32,955 nucleotides of DNA, taken from IMG/VR virus record IMGVR_UViG_2617271086_000008, positions 1 to 32,955 of that record. One strand, given 5' to 3'. Positions within the stretch are counted from its first letter, which is position 1. The number at the start of each line of letters is the position of its first letter. The notes under the pieces were generated by a model, which was not told where the DNA came from, did no database searches, and was given only the letters and a program-made list of their open reading frames with translations. Both the position numbers and the translations under genes were made by a program. Source of the DNA: a virus (Duplodnaviria; Heunggongvirae; Uroviricota; Caudoviricetes). This document shows, one piece after another, positions 27,420 through 32,955 of the stretch.

Positions 27420-29778
27420 CAATGTAAAATTACAGGTATTGCTCAGGGCTGTTGACCAGGCATCCCGCCCGTTTAAATCCATCCGCACAGCGAGTAAGTC
27501 GCTGTCGGGGGATATCCGGGAAACACAAAAATCACTGCGCGAGCTGAACGGTCAGGCATCCCGTATTGAGGGATTTCGCAAGACCAGTGCACAGCTCGCC
27601 GTGACTGGTCATGCACTTGAAAAGGCTCGGCAGGAAGCCGAAGCCCTTGCCACGCAGTTTAAAAACACCGAACGTCCGACCCGTGCTCAGGCGAAAGTGC
27701 TGGAATCCGCAAAGCGTGCGGCGGAGGACTTACAGGCGAAATATAACCGCCTGACGGATTCCGTTAAACGCCAGCAGCGGGAACTGGCCGCTGTGGGAAT
27801 TAATACCCGCAATCTTGCACATGATGAGCAGGGGCTGAAAAACCGTATCAGTGAAACCACCGCACAGCTTAACCGTCAGCGCGACGCACTGGCGCGTGTC
27901 AGTGCACAACAGGCAAAACTTAACGCAGTAAAACAGCGTTATCAGGCCGGAAAGGAACTGGCAGGAAATATGGCCTCAGTGGGCGCTGCCGGTGTGGGGA
28001 TTGCTGCTGCGGGAACGATGGCCGGTGTTAAGCTGCTGATGCCCGGTTATGAGTTTGCGCAGAAAAACTCAGAATTGCAGGCTGTGCTCGGTGTGGCAAA
28101 AGACTCCGCCGAAATGGCCGCATTACGCAAACAGGCGCGCCAGCTCGGCGACAATACCGCCGCCTCGGCAGATGATGCAGCCGGTGCGCAGATTATTATT
28201 GCGAAAGCCGGTGGGGATGTTGATGCCATTCAGGCGGCAACGCCGGTCACGCTGAACATGGCGCTGGCGAACCGCCGCACGATGGAAGAAAACGCCGCCC
28301 TGCTGATGGGGATGAAATCCGCCTTTCAGCTTTCAAACGATAAGGTCGCTCATATCGGGGATGTTCTCTCCATGACGATGAACAAAACCGCCGCCGATTT
28401 TGACGGCATGAGCGATGCGCTGACCTATGCCGCACCTGTGGCAAAAAATGCCGGTGTCAGCATTGAAGAAACCGCCGCAATGGTCGGGGCGCTGCATGAT
28501 GCAAAAATTACAGGCTCAATGGCGGGGACGGGAAGCCGTGCCGTGTTAAGTCGCCTGCAGGCACCAACGGGAAAAGCATGGGATGCACTCAAAGAGCTTG
28601 GCGTGAAAACCTCAGACAGCAAGGGAAACACCCGGCCAATATTTACCATTCTGAAAGAAATGCAGGCCAGTTTTGAGAAAAACCGGCTCGGTACTGCCCA
28701 GCAGGCTGAATACATGAAAACTATTTTCGGGGAGGAGGCCAGCTCAGCCGCCGCCGTGCTGATGACTGCCGCCTCAACCGGAAAGCTGGACAAACTGACC
28801 GCTGCGTTTAAAGCCTCAGACGGGAAGACTGCCGAGCTGGTAAATATCATGCAGGACAACCTCGGCGGTGACTTTAAGGAGTTTCAGTCCGCTTATGAGG
28901 CGGTAGGGACAGACCTGTTTGACCAGCAGGAAGGCGCACTGCGTAAGCTCACACAGACGGCCACAAAGTATGTGTTAAAACTCGACGGCTGGATACAGAA
29001 AAACAAATCACTGGCGTCAACCATTGGCATCATTGCCGGTGGCGCGCTGGCGCTTATTGGCATCATCGGTGCCATTGGTCTTGTAGCCTGGCCGGTTATC
29101 ACTGGCATCAATGCCATCATCGCGGCAGCAGGCGCAATGGGGGCAATCTTCACGACGGTTGGCAGTGCTGTTATGACGGCCATCGGGGCGATTAGCTGGC
29201 CGGTTGTGGCCGTGGTGGCCGCCATTGTCGCCGGGGCGTTGCTTATCCGTAAATACTGGGAGCCTGTCAGCGCATTCTTTGGCGGTGTGGTGGAAGGGCT
29301 GAAAGCGGCATTTGCGCCGGTGGGGGAACTGTTCACGCCACTTAAACCGGTGTTTGACTGGCTGGGTGAAAAGTTACAGGCCGCGTGGCAGTGGTTTAAA
29401 AACCTGATTGCCCCGGTTAAAGCCACACAGGACACCCTGAACCGTTGCCGTGACACGGGCGTCATGTTCGGGCAGGCACTGGCTGACGCGTTGATGCTGC
29501 CGCTTAATGCGTTCAACAAACTGCGCAGTGGTATTGACTGGGTACTGGAAAAACTCGGTGTTATCAACAAAGAGTCAGACACACTTGACCAGACCGCCGC
29601 AAGGACTAATGCCGCCACGTATGGCACCGGTGGTTATATTCCGGCGACCAGCTCTTATGCAGGCTATCAGGCTTATCAGCCGGTCACGGCACCGGCTGGC
29701 CGCTCTTATGTAGACCAGAGTAAAAACGAATATCACATCAGCCTGACGGGGTGGTACTGCGCCGGGGACACAGCTTGA
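27412..29778 (+). CDS. T: Tail tape measure protein
   Basis: 788 aa, Ala/Gly-rich with hydrophobic segments; P2 gpT position. Confidence 0.9.
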   Translation: MSNNVKLQVLLRAVDQASRPFKSIRTASKSLSGDIRETQKSLRELNGQASRIEGFRKTSAQLAVTGHALEKARQEAEALATQFKNTERPTRAQAKVLESAKRAAEDLQAKYNRLTDSVKRQQRELAAVGINTRNLAHDEQGLKNRISETTAQLNRQRDALARVSAQQAKLNAVKQRYQAGKELAGNMASVGAAGVGIAAAGTMAGVKLLMPGYEFAQKNSELQAVLGVAKDSAEMAALRKQARQLGDNTAASADDAAGAQIIIAKAGGDVDAIQAATPVTLNMALANRRTMEENAALLMGMKSAFQLSNDKVAHIGDVLSMTMNKTAADFDGMSDALTYAAPVAKNAGVSIEETAAMVGALHDAKITGSMAGTGSRAVLSRLQAPTGKAWDALKELGVKTSDSKGNTRPIFTILKEMQASFEKNRLGTAQQAEYMKTIFGEEASSAAAVLMTAASTGKLDKLTAAFKASDGKTAELVNIMQDNLGGDFKEFQSAYEAVGTDLFDQQEGALRKLTQTATKYVLKLDGWIQKNKSLASTIGIIAGGALALIGIIGAIGLVAWPVITGINAIIAAAGAMGAIFTTVGSAVMTAIGAISWPVVAVVAAIVAGALLIRKYWEPVSAFFGGVVEGLKAAFAPVGELFTPLKPVFDWLGEKLQAAWQWFKNLIAPVKATQDTLNRCRDTGVMFGQALADALMLPLNAFNKLRSGIDWVLEKLGVINKESDTLDQTAARTNAATYGTGGYIPATSSYAGYQAYQPVTAPAGRSYVDQSKNEYHISLTGWYCAGDTA

Positions 29779-29874
29779 CCGCCAGTTACAGGATGCGCTC
29801 GAAAAATACGAGCGGGATAAACGTGCGCGCGCCCGTGCCAGCATGATGCATGACGGTTAAGGAGGTGACGAAAA

Positions 29875-30354
29875 ATGATGCTCGCGTTAGGTATGTTTGT
29901 TTTTATGCGCCAGACGCTGCCACACCAGACCATGCAGCGTGAATCAGATTATCGCTGGCCGTCAAATTCCCGTATCGGTAAACGGGATGCCTACCAGTTT
30001 CTCGGTGTTGGCGAGGAAAACATGACGCTTGCCGGTGTGCTTTATCCCGAACTGACCGGCGGAAAGCTGACGATGACCACGCTCAGGCTGATGGCAGATG
30101 AAGGCCGGGCGTGGCCGTTGCTGGATGGCACCGGCATGATTTACGGCATGTATGTCATCAGCAGGGTGAGTGAAACAGGGAGTATTTTCTTTGCAGACGG
30201 CACACCCCGGAAAATTGATTTTACGCTGTCGCTCACCCGCGTTGATGAATCACTGGCCGCGCTTTATGGCGATATCGGTAAACAGGCGGAGTCGCTCATC
30301 GGTAAGGCCGGCAGTATGGCGACCAGATTCACGGGTATGACGGGGGCGGGATAA
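29875..30354 (+). CDS. U: Tail protein U
   Basis: 159 aa, AAGGAGG RBS, P2 gpU-like. Confidence 0.85.
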   Translation: MMLALGMFVFMRQTLPHQTMQRESDYRWPSNSRIGKRDAYQFLGVGEENMTLAGVLYPELTGGKLTMTTLRLMADEGRAWPLLDGTGMIYGMYVISRVSETGSIFFADGTPRKIDFTLSLTRVDESLAALYGDIGKQAESLIGKAGSMATRFTGMTGAG

Positions 30355-31517
30355 TGCTGGATGCACTGACATTTGATGCAGGCAGTACGCTGACGCCGGA
30401 TTACATGCTGATGCTCGACAGCAGGGATATTACCGGCAATATCAGCGACCGTCTGATGAGCATGACCCTGACGGATAACCGGGGCTTTGAGGCTGACCAG
30501 CTTGATATTGAACTGAACGATGCCGACGGGCAGGTCGGGCTGCCGGTTCGTGGCGCTGTCCTGACGGTGTATATCGGCTGGAAAGGTTTTGCCCTGGTAT
30601 GCAAAGGGAAATTTACCGTTGATGAGGTTGAACACCGGGGCGCACCGGATGTGGTTACCATCCGCGCCCGGAGTGCAGATTTTCGCGGGACGCTCAATTC
30701 CCGCCGTGAAGGCTCCTGGCATGACACCACGCTCGGTGCGATTGTTGAGGCGATAGCCTCCCGTAACAAGCTGGAAGCCAGTGTCGCTCCGTCACTGGCC
30801 GGAATTAAAATCCCGCACATCGACCAGTCGCAGGAGTCCGATGCGAAATTCCTGACCCGTCTTGCAGAACGCAACGGTGGTGAGGTGTCGGTAAAAATGG
30901 GAAAACTGCTGTTTCTCAAAGCGGGGCAGGGGGTGACGGCCAGCGGTAAAAAAATCCCGCAGATTACCATCACCCGCAGCGATGGCGACCGTCACCATTT
31001 TGCGATTGCTGACCGTGGAGCCTACACCGGCGTAACGGCAAAGTGGCTACACACCAAAGACCCGAAGCCGCAAAAGCAGAAGGTAAAACTGAAACGCAAA
31101 AAGAAAGAGAAACACCTGCGCGCACTGGAGCACCCGAAAGCGAAACCAGTCACGCAGAAGAAAGCGCCAAAAGTACCGGAAGCGCGCGAAGGTGAATACA
31201 TGGCCGGTGAGGCTGACAACGTTTTTGCCCTGACCACGGTATATGCCACGAAAGCGCAGGCAATGCGCGCCGCTCAGGCGAAGTGGGACAAACTGCAACG
31301 GGGCGTTGCGGAGTTCTCCATCAGCCTTGCCACTGGTCGGGCTGATATTTACACGGAAACGCCGGTCAGAGTGTCAGGCTTTAAGCGCGTCATAGACGAG
31401 CAGGACTGGACAATCACTAAGGTGACACATTTTCTGAATAATAGCGGCTTCACGACGTCCTTAGAGCTTGAGGTCAGGCTTTCTGATGTGGAGTATGAAA
31501 CAGAAGATGAAGAGTGA
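30354..31517 (+). CDS. D: Tail protein D (baseplate hub-related late gene)
   Basis: 387 aa, P2 gpD size and position. Confidence 0.9.
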   Translation: MLDALTFDAGSTLTPDYMLMLDSRDITGNISDRLMSMTLTDNRGFEADQLDIELNDADGQVGLPVRGAVLTVYIGWKGFALVCKGKFTVDEVEHRGAPDVVTIRARSADFRGTLNSRREGSWHDTTLGAIVEAIASRNKLEASVAPSLAGIKIPHIDQSQESDAKFLTRLAERNGGEVSVKMGKLLFLKAGQGVTASGKKIPQITITRSDGDRHHFAIADRGAYTGVTAKWLHTKDPKPQKQKVKLKRKKKEKHLRALEHPKAKPVTQKKAPKVPEAREGEYMAGEADNVFALTTVYATKAQAMRAAQAKWDKLQRGVAEFSISLATGRADIYTETPVRVSGFKRVIDEQDWTITKVTHFLNNSGFTTSLELEVRLSDVEYETEDEE

Positions 31518-31598
31518 TGTGTTTTATTTATCTATTTGTTTTATAAGGGTAAATTAACTAAAATGGCACCATCAACAAAACCGGAAGAGGTGCTCGCG

Positions 31599-31817
31599 AT
31601 GTTTCATTGTCCTTTATGCCAGAATGCCGCACATGCGCGTACAAGCCGCTATATTACTGACACGACAAAAGAGCGTTATCACCAGTGTCAGAACGTGAAT
31701 TGCAGCGCCACGTTCATCACTTATGAGTCGGTACAGCGATACATCGTGAAGCCGGGAGAAGTCCACGCCGTAAGGCCGCACCCATTGCCGTCAGGGCAGC
31801 AAATTATGTGGATGTGA
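31599..31817 (+). CDS. ogr: Ogr late-gene transcription activator (zinc finger)
   Basis: 72 aa from ATG 31599 (MFHCPLCQNAAH ... CQNVNCSATF), a Cys4 zinc finger as in P2 Ogr; GGAAGAGG RBS. Confidence 0.85.
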   Translation: MFHCPLCQNAAHARTSRYITDTTKERYHQCQNVNCSATFITYESVQRYIVKPGEVHAVRPHPLPSGQQIMWM

Positions 31818-31827
31818 TCACAAAAAT

Positions 31828-31856
31828 AGCCCCTCCGTTGAGGGGCTTATTTATGG
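31828..31856 (+). terminator. Rho-independent terminator after ogr
   Basis: Stem agcccctc/gaggggct with cgtt loop, followed by tatttat. Confidence 0.5.
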
Positions 31857-31859
31857 TCG

Positions 31860-31878
31860 ATGTGGACGCTATGTGGAC
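31860..31878. repeat. Direct repeat ATGTGGAC x2, candidate Int arm-type binding sites (attR arm)
   Basis: atgtggac at 31860-31867 and 31871-31878; resembles the TGTGGACA arm-site consensus I recall for P2 Int. Confidence 0.4.
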
Positions 31879-31944
31879 AGCGTTTGATATAAATCCATTC
31901 ATATCATCAGGTTAGGTGCTTTTTTGTGACACCATCCCTGTCTT

Positions 31945-31971
31945 CCCCCACATGCTGTGGGGGTTTTTTTT
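31945..31971 (+). terminator. Rho-independent terminator (probably host, upstream of fieF)
   Basis: Stem cccccaca/tgtggggg with tgc loop, followed by T8. Confidence 0.6.
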
Positions 31972-32052
31972 ATCCTCAATTTGCCTGCTGCTTAATGCAT
32001 TGCAGATGATTTGCTTCCGTTATACTAGCGTCAGTTGATAGCGGGAGTATTT

Positions 32053-32955
32053 ATGAATCAATCTTATGGACGGCTGGTCAGTCGGGCGGCGATTGCTGCG
32101 ACGGCGATGGCTTCGCTGCTATTGCTGATTAAAATTTTTGCATGGTGGTATACCGGGTCGGTGAGTATTCTCGCCGCGCTGGTGGATTCGCTGGTGGATA
32201 TCGGCGCGTCGTTGACGAATTTATTGGTGGTGCGATATTCCCTGCAACCTGCCGACGATAATCACTCGTTTGGTCACGGTAAAGCTGAGTCCCTCGCGGC
32301 GCTGGCGCAAAGTATGTTTATCTCCGGTTCGGCACTATTCCTGTTTTTGACGGGTATTCAACATCTGATATCTCCAACACCGATGACAGATCCAGGCGTC
32401 GGGGTTATCGTGACAATTGTGGCGCTAATTTGTACGATTATCCTTGTCTCGTTTCAGCGTTGGGTGGTGCGGCGGACGCAAAGCCAGGCTGTGCGGGCTG
32501 ATATGCTACATTACCAGTCTGATGTTATGATGAACGGCGCAATTCTGCTGGCGCTGGGGTTGTCCTGGTACGGCTGGCATCGCGCCGATGCTCTGTTTGC
32601 ATTGGGAATCGGCATCTATATTTTATATAGCGCGTTACGCATGGGATATGAGGCGGTACAGTCATTACTGGATCGCGCATTGCCTGATGAGGAACGGCAA
32701 GAAATTATTGATATCGTGACTTCCTGGCCGGGTGTTAGCGGCGCTCACGATCTTCGCACGCGGCAGTCAGGGCCGACCCGCTTTATTCAGATTCATTTGG
32801 AAATGGAAGACTCTCTGCCTTTGGTTCAGGCACATATGGTGGCGGATCAGGTAGAGCAGGCTATTTTACGGCGTTTTCCGGGATCGGATGTAATTATCCA
32901 TCAGGACCCCTGTTCCGTCGTACCCAGGGAGGGTAAACGGTCTATGCTTTCATAA
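32053..32955 (+). CDS. fieF: Cation diffusion facilitator family iron/zinc efflux transporter FieF (YiiP)
   Basis: 300-aa product starting [49 protein letters not shown], matching enterobacterial FieF as recalled; start ATG 32053. Confidence 0.95.

Larger units (their letters stand above)
1..31900. mobile_element. P2-like prophage, near-complete; left end (attL) lies beyond the window start, right junction approximately 31880..31945
   Basis: Gene order and protein sizes match the P2 family (int, C, cox, B, A, Q, P, O, N, M, L, X, Y, K, lysABC, R, S, V, W, J, I, H, G, FI, FII, E, T, U, D, ogr); host fieF follows immediately. Confidence 0.85.

Noticed and set aside
28047-29844. Alternative-frame ORFs inside the tape measure gene T and across the T-U gap
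   Set aside because: Embedded in or antisense to T; composition-driven.
30264-31298. Minus-strand ORFs opposite U and D
   Set aside because: Antisense to conserved tail genes.
31536-31598. Upstream start for ogr at 31536
   Set aside because: ATG 31599 with a GGAAGAGG RBS yields the 72-aa zinc-finger protein; the extension adds an unconserved N-terminus.
1-32955. CRISPR arrays, tRNA or rRNA genes
   Set aside because: No regularly spaced direct repeats with unique spacers and no obvious tRNA-like sequence seen anywhere, including near the right junction; this was by eye only and a tRNA scanner was not run.

Overview
The window is almost entirely a P2-like (Peduovirus-type) temperate prophage, followed by the host gene fieF (CDF-family iron/zinc efflux) at 32053..32955. 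The prophage starts at the integrase stop codon at position 1, so attL lies outside the window. The P2 backbone is intact and collinear: int and C on the minus strand, then cox-B-A on the plus strand, Q-P on the minus strand, and O-N-M-L-X-Y-K-lysA-lysB-lysC-R-S-V-W-J-I-H-G, FI-FII-E/E'-T-U-D and ogr on the plus strand. Two variable regions stand out. (1) The hotspot between replication gene A and portal gene Q (about 5803..9990) carries AT-rich cargo: an ASCH/DUF3850-like protein, a small ORF, a complete C5-cytosine DNA methyltransferase, and a convergent two-gene operon encoding a DUF262 (ParB/GmrS-like) protein translationally coupled to an HEPN-like (R-x4-HG) protein. I consider this the best candidate for an undescribed defence or restriction-like module. 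(2) The tail-fibre region has a Mu/P1/e14-type invertible segment (about 22571..24505) with alternative H C-termini and tail-fibre-assembly genes, 26-bp inverted crossover sites, and a Pin/Gin/Hin-family invertase, in the position where P2 has Z/fun. I also see the E/E' -1 frameshift site, the nested spanin pair, terminators, and candidate Int arm sites near the right junction. All calls rest on reading the sequence and the ORF track and on recalled family motifs and P2 gene order; no database search was run.
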